The notes under the pieces were generated by a model. It was not told where the DNA came from. It saw nothing but the letters and a program-made list of their open reading frames with translations, and made no database searches. A stretch of DNA of 64,000 nt from an uncultured Planctomycetota bacterium (GTDB lineage Bacteria; Planctomycetota; Planctomycetia; Isosphaerales; Isosphaeraceae), in NCBI GenBank assembly GCA_963823665.1, contig CAWGMQ010000003.1, forward strand, positions 1,408,001 through 1,472,000, written 5' to 3'. The translations under genes were made by a program, and so were the position numbers. Shown here in pieces: positions 10,082 to 19,189 of the stretch. The first letter of the stretch is position 1; each line of letters opens with the position of its first letter.

Positions 10082-10700
10082 TCAGCAGACTTTGCGCCGC
10101 CAGCGCACCAGAGGGCAGGCGAAGAATGCCAGTGTGGCGAGAAGTCCCAGGATTAGCAGCCCCGCGAGTTGGAGTCCTTCGGTTGCGAGGTGTTCGTGTT
10201 CGACCTGGTCGCGGAAGTAATGATGGAGGGCGGGGTTTGCCGCGGGGACGACGTTGATGGCGGGCAGTTCGCGCTCGAGCTCGGACACGCCGCCGGCTGT
10301 GAGGTTGGGGCCTTTGGTGTGAAGCTCGCGAACCGTGCCCAGCCGCCTCAGGCGTTCGACGGCGTAGGGAACGTGTTCGTCGTCGAGACGCGCAAAGGAA
10401 CACGGTGGGCCGATAGAGCCAGCCCATGCCGATCTTTTCGCGCAGCGCCCGCTCGTACTTGGGACTTAACCTCATCACGATCATGTCGAGCCCTGTGGGC
10501 TCGTCCAGGACGGAAAACACGCCGATGCTTGATAGTTCGGCAACGAGGGCCGTTCGCCGCTGGGCCTGTCTGTACTCACGGGTGAACCACGCGAGGACGA
10601 GCGCTGCCAGACAGATCGTCACGAGCAGGAATTTCAGACCGATGCGATAGCGCCATCGGTGCGGTGTGGAGCTGCGCGCAGCGAGAGTGGACTCACCCAT
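10082..10700 (-). CDS. Hypothetical membrane protein, frameshifted near 10390
   Basis: N-terminal RYRIGLKFLLVTICLAALVLAW (planctomycete-type TM); continues in a second frame ...ELERELPAINVV...TM...WRRKVC*. Confidence 0.55.
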
Positions 10701-11002
10701 AGTTGAGCTCGCCGTTGGAATTGAGTTTGATCCGGCTCGGCGACCCTCGTGTGCCGCTGAGAAGGCCGGTTCATGGTTATTCGCCGGCGACGCTCGAAGA
10801 TTCAAGGATCAAGGTACGTTGAACCCCGATGCGTCTCAATGAAGGGCACGCCGCCGGCGCATCGTCGCGCAGGCCAGGGCGCTCAAGAAGCCGATGCCCG
10901 CCATGAGCGCGGCCGGAGGCTCCGGGACCGCCGTGAGTAGGGTATGCGCTCAGTGCCGGCTCGAGTCGACGAAAGTCGTAGGGGGACACAGAACGTCGTT
11001 GG

Positions 11003-11080
11003 GGGGACATAGCGCTTTAGCTGGGGTCGGATAGCAGAGCCTCTTCGCCCACTCAGCGAAGATTAAAGTGCTACGTCCCC
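11003..11080. repeat. REPIN-like element with 17-bp inverted arms
   Basis: GGGGACATAGCGCTTTA (11003..11019) vs TAAAGTGCTACGTCCCC (11064..11080), 15/17 complementary. Confidence 0.65.
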
Positions 11081-11084
11081 GTAT

Positions 11085-11639
11085 TCAACACCCGCGGTTG
11101 CGAGGTGTTTGTGTTGGAGCTGGTGAGGTGTCAGCCGATGGCCGGACCACGGGTGGATCGTGTCGCTTGTCGAGCGGACCGCCGCGGAAGGTGTTGAATC
11201 CCAGGAGGTCCAGAACGCCGAGCGCGATGCAGAGGTAGCCGATCCAGGCAGCCGGGACGCCGTTGATACGCCAGCCTTCGAAGCCCCAGATGAACACGAG
11301 GCCGGCGCCGAAGGCCCACAACGTCATGATGCGACGGCCGGTCGTGCGTGCGCGACGCTCGCGACCTGCCGCAGTTTGCAGCGTCGCCGGCTGCGCGTCT
11401 GCATCGTCAGTGGTGCGGATGCGCAGCAGGAGATCACCGTTACCGTCGAGCGCCTGGCCCTTGAGTCGCAGAATACTCCCGTCCGTCATGACAGAGTGGA
11501 GCACCACCTCGATACTGCGGCCGCCCGGAATCTCCACGGAGATAGACCGGCCTTCCTCGATCCACTGGCGCTGGACCGGAAGGTCGGCGTGGAGATCCTT
11601 CCCTCGTTGTTCGACGTTCTTGAGTGTTGTCTGGCTCAT
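11085..11639 (-). CDS. DnaJ C-terminal-like domain fused to two TM helices
   Basis: GKDLHADLPV...ISVEIPGG...DGSILRLKGQ...GDLLLRI matches the DnaJ C-terminal pattern; no J-domain (no HPD). Confidence 0.55.
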   Translation of the reverse strand: MSQTTLKNVEQRGKDLHADLPVQRQWIEEGRSISVEIPGGRSIEVVLHSVMTDGSILRLKGQALDGNGDLLLRIRTTDDADAQPATLQTAAGRERRARTTGRRIMTLWAFGAGLVFIWGFEGWRINGVPAAWIGYLCIALGVLDLLGFNTFRGGPLDKRHDPPVVRPSADTSPAPTQTPRNRGC

Positions 11640-11647
11640 CGAGGGCC

Positions 11648-12061
11648 TCACGATTCAAGCGGATGGCCGATCTCCCAGTGATGGCCGAATGGATCGACCA
11701 GGCGGCCCAGGCGCCATCCGTAGGCTTCCGCCACTGCGACGACCTGGCGGGCGCCTGCCGCGAGTGCCTTCGCGAAAGTCGCATCGGGATCGGGCACAGT
11801 CAAGATCATCCGGACGGAGCCGCCGCCCAGGGATTCGGGGCTGAAATTCTGATGCTCGGGCGACTCGTCAGCCAGCCAGAACTCCGCGCCGTCGATTGAG
11901 AGGCGAGCCACGACTGAACCCGAGGGATCTTCCACCCGGTAGACCTCGACCGCGCCGAATGCCGACTTGTAGAACTCGACTGCTTGCGCGCCGTTGCGAA
12001 CCGAGAGCATGGGCGCGAGCGAAGTCACGATGGGAGGTTTCACGTTTACGGCCTTGGTCAT
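11648..12061 (-). CDS. VOC/PhnB-family (glyoxalase-like) protein
   Basis: AVEFYKSAFGA, EFWLADESPE, ALAAGA...GWRLGRLVDPFGHHWEI. Confidence 0.9.
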   Translation of the reverse strand: MTKAVNVKPPIVTSLAPMLSVRNGAQAVEFYKSAFGAVEVYRVEDPSGSVVARLSIDGAEFWLADESPEHQNFSPESLGGGSVRMILTVPDPDATFAKALAAGARQVVAVAEAYGWRLGRLVDPFGHHWEIGHPLES

Positions 12062-12113
12062 AATAGTTTTTCCTGATCCAGTCAGAGGCGCTCCCGATTC
12101 CAGAGCGGGGCGA

Positions 12114-12527
12114 TCAGTAGGTCAGGCCGCACTGCGCGCAGCCGTCGCGGTGGAGTAAGTCAGCAAGGCTCGCTTGGTTCCGGCAGTTCGGGCATGGGCG
12201 GAAACGGGCGGTGACCGACCACAGCAGGCACGCCAGCACCGCGAATAACAGCGCTGGAATCAGATGACATACTAGCACGAGTGATTCCTGCCAGGGAGCG
12301 GCGCCCGCTGCGCCTGCCTCCGCCGCGGCGATGGGAACAGTCTTCCTGCCGCCCCATATCGCTGCTGCCACCTCCGAGAAGCACAAGAACCAAGCCGAGA
12401 TGTGTGCCCAGACGATCGCGGCGGATGCGCGCTTGCCGGCGACCGACAAAGAGGTTCTTAACATCAGGCCAGCGAGCAGGGAAATCATGCCGTTGACAAC
12501 GAACTGAATGTGAGCAGTGAGCATCAA
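12114..12527 (-). pseudogene. 5'-truncated membrane protein resembling the styrene-oxide-isomerase (StyC)-like family
   Basis: LTAHIQFVVNG...AAIWGG...PIAA...AAPWQESLV pattern; N-terminus missing and replaced by an unrelated fragment. Confidence 0.45.
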
Positions 12528-12529
12528 CC

Positions 12530-12930
12530 ATAGATGTTGGATACCTGGGCCGGTAGTAATTTCCGCTGTGGCGCCGCAGCAGGTACTCGAGCACGTAGTC
12601 CTCGGTTTGGTTCTCGAGCAAGAAGGCGGCGGCGATCGATCGGATGCTGAATTCCTCGACCAGGCGGTGGCCGAAGCCTGGACTGAGCGTATGACTTCTC
12701 ATCCAGCCGCTGATCCCATTTTCCTCGCTCGCGGTCAGTCCGATCCCATTCTTTTTCAAGCCCGAAACAATGTCGTCAAAATTCGGGACGATCTCCATTC
12801 CCTCATTCGGGTTGAAGTACACTCCGATTGCGTTACTTGACTCCAGCAGCTCGTGCGGAAAGTTCACTTTGAACGCTGCCAACGTATCGATCGAGCGGGC
12901 CTTTGTGGCCTTCGGGGCGAAACTGATGAT
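12530..12930 (-). pseudogene. C-terminal fragment of an unidentified protein
   Basis: Protein-like stretch VYFNPNEGMEIVPNFDDIVSGLKK...LEYLLRRHSGNYYRPRYP inside ORF 12160..13062; no credible start. Confidence 0.4.
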
Positions 12931-13018
12931 CGGCCATGAACGACTCCGATTCGAGTTCCTGGTCACGCATGTAGGCGGCTGCGCTGCCGGCTGGGTAACG
13001 GATAGCAAATCGGGTTGC

Positions 13019-13238
13019 CTACATGAACGTGATCGGGCGACTGTGCTCTCGGGCGACGACACACAAGTTCAGAATCGCTTCAAACAGGTTTTCGCCGTCG
13101 ACTGGCATCAAGGTGCCGTTCGATGGTGTCCCGGAAGCACGCGAAATCGCTATAGTGACCGACATTGCACTCGGCGATCTCTTCCGGTTCATCATCGCCA
13201 CCGACATCGGAACCGAGTACATACAGGCATAGTCCCAT
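13019..13238 (-). pseudogene. Imm70-like immunity protein with an internal deletion
   Basis: GGAGG RBS then MGLCLYVL...EEIAECNVGHYSDFACFRDTI, joined out of frame to VDGENLFEAILNLCVVAREHSRPITFM*; both ends resemble Imm70 and the middle is missing. Confidence 0.55.
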
Positions 13239-13260
13239 TTCTAAAGACCTCCGCTTTGTT

Positions 13261-13644
13261 CTAGCCCGTGAACTCTCGACCCGTAAGAATTCGATCGATC
13301 CCGCGGGGGACGAGGAAGAACGCCATCACGGCGTGGCTGGTGGTGGGCCTGACCAGACCGGCCAGCTTGTGGACCGTGCTGCGCATGGCAACGACACGTC
13401 GCTTCCGGAAGTATTCGTAACAGGAGACGCTGTTCACGAGGACGTACAACGCGAGGACACCATACCACGGGTTGACTGCAGGCAGGACGAGGGGAGTCAG
13501 GATCGATGCCAGGGGGAGGAAAATCACGAGTTGGGCCAGGAGGCTCAGCACGATCATGACAGCGCCCACAAAGATGCCCCAGAGTCGCCAGAGCAGCGTG
13601 CGCATTTCGATTTGTCTCCGTCGTTGAAACCGTCTAAACAGCAA
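13261..13644 (-). CDS. Hypothetical membrane protein
   Basis: 127-aa ORF with 2-3 hydrophobic segments. Confidence 0.45.
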   Translation of the reverse strand: MLFRRFQRRRQIEMRTLLWRLWGIFVGAVMIVLSLLAQLVIFLPLASILTPLVLPAVNPWYGVLALYVLVNSVSCYEYFRKRRVVAMRSTVHKLAGLVRPTTSHAVMAFFLVPRGIDRILTGREFTG

Positions 13645-13721
13645 GACCAGCGGACCAAGCGCGGGCAGGCGCAGATTCTATCAAAGTCGGCGACGGTTGC
13701 CTCATTCAACACGGCGGGCGA

Positions 13722-14030
13722 CTAGATTTCTGATTGATGCGCTGGTTGCTCGGGCGACGAAAATGCCCAGCGGATGATCTGGCGAGCCAGACCGGCCGGG
13801 CTCCTGTAGGAGAACTCGGGCGGGCGAAGGACGAACGGACGCGGTGCCGACGCGGCCAGGCGCGGGAATTCAGAGCCGCTTACGGTTAGCTCCGGCTCGC
13901 CGAGCCAGCGATAGGCGACGACGAAACGCTTGTCCTCCGAAGCGATGCGAATGTGCGTCTCGCCGTGCACGTACCAGACGAATCGCCGGCCGGCGACCTC
14001 GATCTGACTGCGGCGCTCTGCGCACGCCCA
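13722..14030 (-). CDS. Hypothetical protein, start uncertain
   Basis: Protein-like segment RRSQIEVAGRRFVWYVH...PAGLARQIIRWA within ORF 13722..14180. Confidence 0.45.
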   Translation of the reverse strand, partial: WACAERRSQIEVAGRRFVWYVHGETHIRIASEDKRFVVAYRWLGEPELTVSGSEFPRLAASAPRPFVLRPPEFSYRSPAGLARQIIRWAFSSPEQPAHQSEI

Positions 14031-14091
14031 TCGCGACCGACTCCACCAAAAGCTCACCGATGCAAAGCCCGCCATATTCGCCCGAGTAAGG

Positions 14092-14403
14092 TTACTCGAT
14101 GCACTCTCCGCCATAGATCCACCGCACGACGGCCCTGATCCGATCCGCATCCGCGGCGACAACCTCGATCGGCATTGCACAATGATAGCGCAGCTTGTCG
14201 ATCAGCCCGAAGTCGAGTGGATCCTCAATCGCGACGGTCAGCGTACCGCCTACGAGAGAGATGGGCGCGACGTTGTCGCCGCGAGCTAACTCCTCTGGTA
14301 GGCACTCGACGGCTGCGCGTGGAATCACCATCACGGTCGGGTCAATGAATTGGACACCGTGTCGCGTTTCCATCGGCAATGCCTCGCGCTGAATGATGCT
14401 CAC
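14092..14403 (-). CDS. Stand-alone GspE/PilB N-terminal (T2SSE_N-like) domain protein
   Basis: VECLPEELAR..NVAPISL.GGTLTVAIEDPLDFGLIDKLRY...IEVVAA..DRI..V.RWIYG; no ATPase domain. Confidence 0.7.
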   Translation of the reverse strand: MSIIQREALPMETRHGVQFIDPTVMVIPRAAVECLPEELARGDNVAPISLVGGTLTVAIEDPLDFGLIDKLRYHCAMPIEVVAADADRIRAVVRWIYGGECIE

Positions 14404-14426
14404 TCAGGATAGCCAGGGCGTCTGCC

Positions 14427-14777
14427 TCATCCCAGCTCAGTTGTTTTGGCCCGATGCTGATCGGACTGCTCACGAACATCGACGGTCTCGGCATCGACTT
14501 CGAGAAAAGCCTCGTCTGTCTCATCCCAATTCGCGAAGGCGAATCGCCGCACCGGAGGCGAGCCGCTCAGCTCGCTAAGGGCATACAGCGGCATACCCTC
14601 CGGACGGTTTGCACGCAGTGCGCGGACACCGCGGAATTCCACGACGAATTCCTTCCCGCTCGCGCCGCGGACCCGAACACGTATGTGATCGTTGTGGCTT
14701 TCCACGGCCACAACCGTGCCGTCATGCAAATCGGGTTCACCGATGTAGCCGACGAACGAGGGTGTCAACATGGGCAT
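14427..14777 (-). CDS. Hypothetical protein
   Basis: 116-aa ORF (PDLHDGTVVAV...LYALSEL...FAFANWDE...FLEVDA) with an upstream GAGG. Confidence 0.6.
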   Translation of the reverse strand: MPMLTPSFVGYIGEPDLHDGTVVAVESHNDHIRVRVRGASGKEFVVEFRGVRALRANRPEGMPLYALSELSGSPPVRRFAFANWDETDEAFLEVDAETVDVREQSDQHRAKTTELG

Positions 14778-14980
14778 GCCTCAACTCGGAGCGGACGTGG
14801 TGCCGCCACAGTTTGACCAGCCCTCCCGTGAATATCGACGGCGGGAAGCGCTCAACCGCCGACTGATATCGTACCACAAACGGTTCTCGTTCTTCGAGCG
14901 GCAGGTCCGATGTAGCCGCGGCCGCCAGGCGCGCGATGCGCTCCTCGAAGCCAGCTTACCGGAAGAACTCGGGCAAGCGA

Positions 14981-16273
14981 TCATCGCGGTGGCGAGGCCT
15001 CGGAGGACGGGGTGCCTGGTGCCCCGGAAAGCCAGCGGCGGGTCAAGGGACCGACGGTGAGACCCTGCACGAGGATCGAGAACACAGCGACCACGTAGGT
15101 CATCGCCAGGATCGCGTTTTTCCCTGGAATTGCGACGGCCAATCCCGTGCCGGTCAGGGATAGTGCCAGAGCCACGGAGATGCCGCCACGCAGCCCACCC
15201 CATGTCAGGATCCGCACGGTGAACGGCTGGAACCAGAGCCAGCGCCGCAATATGCGTATGGGCAGGCCGACGGAGATCAGCCGGGCTGCGAGGACGATGG
15301 GAATCGCCAGCAAGCCCGCCAGCAAGTTCTTCGCGGTGAAGGTGAGTGCGAGAACCTGCAACCCGATCAAGACGAACAGCACTGCGTTCAAGGTCTCGTC
15401 GACGAGCTCCCAGAACTGGTCGAGGCGCTCATTCGTGATCGCGGACATGGCGAAGCTGCGCCCGTGGTTACCGATCATGAGTCCGGCGACAACCATGGCG
15501 AGCGGGCCGGAAAGGTGGAGCGCATCCGCCAGGCCGTAACCGCCGGCCACCAGTGCGAGCGAGAGCAGGATTTCCACCTTGTAGTCGTCTACGGACCTGA
15601 GCATGAAGAAAACGAGCAGTCCAGCGCAGAGCCCGAACAAGGCCCCGCCGACTGTTTCCCGCACGAGCAGGAGGGCGACATGCCCGAGATCCGGCCCGTG
15701 TGGCGCCTTTGCGAGCTCCAGGAGGCCGGTGAACACGACGACGCCAACGCCGTCGTTGAACAGAGACTCGCCGGCGATCTGCACCTCCAGCGATTTGGGG
15801 ACACCGACGCGCTTGAGAAGGCCCATGACGGCGATGGGGTCGGTAGGCGAGATCAGTGCCCCGAACAGCAGGCAGTCGAGGAACCTGACCGGCAGGCCGA
15901 TCCAAGCCAGCATGAGCCACGTGAGCCCGCCGACGATCACGGTCGAGAGCAGGACGCCCAGCGTGGCAAGGATCGCGATCGGCCAGCGGTACCGGATCAG
16001 GTCTTCGAGGTCGATGTGAAGTGCCCCCGCGAAGAGGAGGAAGCCGAGCATCCCGTGCAAGAGCGCCTCGTTGAAGTCGAGCTGACTGACCAGGTCAAGG
16101 GCATGGCGGTCGATTCCTGGTGCCAACCTGCCGGCAGCCACGATCGTCATGGAGAAGAGCAGCGCAAGCGCCATCAAGCCGATCGTGGTGGGGAGCTTCA
16201 AGAGGCGAAGATTGACGTAGCTGAACCCGGCTGCGAGCACGATCAACACCGCAATCAAGTCGAACAGTCGCAT
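14981..16273 (-). CDS. CPA1-family Na+/H+ antiporter (NhaP-like)
   Basis: LFGALISPTDPIAV, GESLFNDGVG, LTWGGLRGGISVALAL, ILVQGLT; about 12 TM helices; AGGAG RBS before MRLFD. Confidence 0.92.
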   Translation of the reverse strand: MRLFDLIAVLIVLAAGFSYVNLRLLKLPTTIGLMALALLFSMTIVAAGRLAPGIDRHALDLVSQLDFNEALLHGMLGFLLFAGALHIDLEDLIRYRWPIAILATLGVLLSTVIVGGLTWLMLAWIGLPVRFLDCLLFGALISPTDPIAVMGLLKRVGVPKSLEVQIAGESLFNDGVGVVVFTGLLELAKAPHGPDLGHVALLLVRETVGGALFGLCAGLLVFFMLRSVDDYKVEILLSLALVAGGYGLADALHLSGPLAMVVAGLMIGNHGRSFAMSAITNERLDQFWELVDETLNAVLFVLIGLQVLALTFTAKNLLAGLLAIPIVLAARLISVGLPIRILRRWLWFQPFTVRILTWGGLRGGISVALALSLTGTGLAVAIPGKNAILAMTYVVAVFSILVQGLTVGPLTRRWLSGAPGTPSSEASPPR

Positions 16274-16360
16274 CGGTGCTCCTGGTACAAGGGGAATTCC
16301 CGGATGGGGATTGTCGGCATATAATAGACAAGGAGTGATTCCGATCAAGGAGCCACGCCA

Positions 16361-16687
16361 GTGAATACACTCGCGGGCCGCGATCCCAAACTCAGGAAGC
16401 TCGCCGAATTGATCGGGGAGATTCAGTTTGGAGTTTTGACAACGGTCGGGGAAGACGGCTCGATGTGGAGCTGGCCGGTCTCGACCCAGCAGGCCAACCC
16501 CGACGGCGAGCTTTGATTCTTCACCAAGCGCGACTCGCCGATGGCCAAGGAACTCGAGCGCCATCGGCGCGTGAGCCTTTGCTACGCCAAACCCGATGAT
16601 TGTAGCTATGTGTCCATAATGGGCACCTGCGAGCTGATTTCTGATGGGACGAAGGCAGAGGCACAACGAGAAGGACACCCTCCCTGA
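16361..16687 (+). pseudogene. Pyridoxamine 5'-phosphate oxidase-family (general stress protein 26-like) pseudogene
   Basis: AAGGAG RBS, then KLAELIGEIQFGVLTT...DGEL*FFT...VSLCYA...YVSIMG; TGA at the conserved Trp of LWFFT and a truncated 3' end; not in the ORF track. Confidence 0.75.
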
Positions 16688-16949
16688 TCGCTGGCACCTC
16701 GAGAAGGTCGAAGCGGCCATCGGAGAAGTTCGAGTGTTTCTCGCCGAAGCTCCCGTGGAGAGGCTGCTATTTTGAATTCCAGCTCGTGCGGGCAGAGATT
16801 CCCACAAAAGATGGGTGTGGTGCCGCTTGCCTTTGACCAGCCCCTCCTTGAAGATCGAGGACAGGAACCGCTCAACGGTGTCACCGTGATCCGGTCAAGT
16901 TGATGGTTCGACTCCGGTCATTCTTCCTGGTTCGAAGGGATCAACGTCC

Positions 16950-17990
16950 ATGCCGCAGATTGGATTCGGAATTGTCGGGACGGGCATGATCGCCGGTGTT
17001 GTTGCCGATGCGATCGCCAGGTCCGCGAACGCCATGTTGGCGGCGGTGTCGAGCCGGCGGACCGAGAACGCGCAGCGGTTCACGGCTCTGCGGCCGGGGG
17101 CCAAGGCGGTCCAGGGAATCGACGAACTGCTGGCTTGCCGGGAGGTCGATGCCGTCTATATCGCGACTCCCACGGTTGCGAAGGAGGAGATCGCGCTCGC
17201 GGCGCTCGCGGCGGGCAAGCATCTCCTCGTTGACAAGCCGTTCGTCGATCACGCCTCAGTGTTTCGCATGACGCAGGCCGCTCTTGCCAAGGGCGTCGCA
17301 TTCATGGATGCGACGCACTTCGTGCACCACCGGCGCACCCAGGCGATCCGGGAAGCGTGTGCGGCGAGGATCGGCGAGCCACGTTCCTTGCACACGACCT
17401 TCTACTTCCCGCACTCGGACCGCGACAACATCCGCTTCGACCCGAAGCAGGAGCCAATGACCGGGCTCGGTGACATGGCGTGGTACTCGATGCGGGCGGT
17501 GGTCGAATATCTCGAGCCGAGAGGACGGATCACGAAGGTCGCTCTCGCCACGGAACGCGACGCAAAGTCCAGTGCGATCGTCAGGGCATCAGGAGTAATT
17601 GCCTTCGAGGGGGGCGAGGTCTCGACGTTTGACGTCGGCTACACCGCGGGTACGATCGTGATGGATCTGCAGCTTCTGGGAACAACGGGCGTGATCGCGA
17701 TGGACGATTTCGTGCTGGACTGGGAGAGCAGCTTCGCGTTCAAGAACCCGGAGATCAAGGCCGGGTATACCTTCAGGACCGGGATGGCGACCCGTAAGGA
17801 CGCGATCTTCGTGCCGACGCCGACGGACGTTGCTCAGGAGGTCGCGATGATCGATCACTTCGCGGAGCTGGCGGCCTCCGGTGACGCCACGAAGCGGGCA
17901 AGGTATGCAGAAGCCTCGCTGAAGACGCAGGAATATCTGGATGCGCTCTGGGTTGCAGCCGGAGCGTCAGCCTTCCCGCCGGGGAAGTGA
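16950..17990 (+). CDS. Gfo/Idh/MocA-family oxidoreductase
   Basis: GIVGTGMIA, VDAVYIATP, GKHLLVDKP, FMDATHF, LGDMAWY. Confidence 0.9.
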   Translation: MPQIGFGIVGTGMIAGVVADAIARSANAMLAAVSSRRTENAQRFTALRPGAKAVQGIDELLACREVDAVYIATPTVAKEEIALAALAAGKHLLVDKPFVDHASVFRMTQAALAKGVAFMDATHFVHHRRTQAIREACAARIGEPRSLHTTFYFPHSDRDNIRFDPKQEPMTGLGDMAWYSMRAVVEYLEPRGRITKVALATERDAKSSAIVRASGVIAFEGGEVSTFDVGYTAGTIVMDLQLLGTTGVIAMDDFVLDWESSFAFKNPEIKAGYTFRTGMATRKDAIFVPTPTDVAQEVAMIDHFAELAASGDATKRARYAEASLKTQEYLDALWVAAGASAFPPGK

Positions 17991-18897
17991 ACCGCTCAAG
18001 CTCCGGGGGAACGTGGTCTGATCGTGCATGGCGGCGCCGAAACCGGAACTCGCGCTCGGAGCGGCTTTGAGCGAGGGGGTGGAATCCGTGCGCTGATAAC
18101 GCGTTTGGGGCATCGGGCCCTCGTTGCTCAAGAGAGGCGCAGCTGCTGGGTCAGCGAGGACCTCTTCGATCGTCGTCGCGACGCCGTTTACCATCATCCG
18201 GCGACTGACGAGCCGGATGCCGTGGCTGTAGTCGACGTGCGACGCAGCATGTCCCGTGTAGAGCGGCTGGATCGGCTTGCCGTCGGGCTTGTGCCAGCCG
18301 TAGATGGCGACCTTGCCCCGCGTCTTGAAGAGCCTGTTCGCAATGACAACGTCTTTCTTGTGGCCGGCCACGAGCTTACCAAGGGGGTATCTCTCCGCGG
18401 GCGGCGCGCACGATCTCGTTGTGACGAAGGAACACGGCCACCGTTGTCATCGCTGGCGATGGGGGAATGGGCGCGGGCCTGAGCTTCACGGTCGCGGCTG
18501 CGTAGATATCATCAACCATTTTGGGTGTCGGAAGGATACAGTCGAGCCGATCTGCGATCGCCTGGGCGGTGAGTGGCGAAAGCGGTGTGAGAAAGAAATC
18601 ATCGTCGGAACCGATCGCGAGATAGTCGGGAGCAACGAAGTACGACGCTTTGACGGTCGCCGCGGAGACCGCCACCGGGACGAGCTTCCGCAGGAATGGC
18701 GGGACGTTGCCGGCCTTGACCTCGGCGAGGATCTTCTGCTCCCGCTCCTCGAGCGGCAAAGCGGCGATCGAGAGTGCGAACGCTGTGCCTTTGGGAGCCG
18801 ACGGTTGCCGGGGGGGTAAGTCGAGCGATTGCGCGGAGAGCGGCGAGCCAAATGGCAGGAGCAGAATCATACCGGCAAGGATCAAGTTCTGGCTCAT
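17967..18897 (-). CDS. Conserved secreted hypothetical protein, frameshifted in a G5 run at ~18385
   Basis: Signal peptide; GNVPPFLR, PDYLAIGSDDDF, LPTPKMVD, then LVAGHKKDVV...VAIYGWH...DYSHGIRLV in the shifted frame. Confidence 0.75.
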
Positions 18898-19189
18898 CGC
18901 ACCTCATCCGCGTAACAAGCGTGCTTTCCCGCAGTCGCAATTTGCGTCGCGCGGCGGTCGTTGCACACTTCCTCTGGTGTCGATCCGAGTCGCGAGCGCG
19001 AATGTCCGGATCGCCTTCAGGATATGCGATCCGCTTGCGCTCGAGCCAGTCACCACTGCGTCCGGCGGGATTTCTCGGCGTGAATTCCTCACGCCTGCTG
19101 AATCGACTAGAATAGTCCGAAGCGCTCTTGGCTGAGATTCTTACCACGCCGAGTTTTCGGAATACGCCGCTCATGCGAGCCTTGGACCA

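Noticed and set aside
10060..14980. Integron attC sites between the short genes (for example the TCCGAACGTTCGGA palindrome at 10065)
   Set aside because: No recurring R''-L''-L'-R' structure and no integrase; kept only as a cassette-like array
16274..16807. Long N-terminal extension of the Na+/H+ antiporter
   Set aside because: Antisense to a pseudogene; the true start with RBS is at 16273
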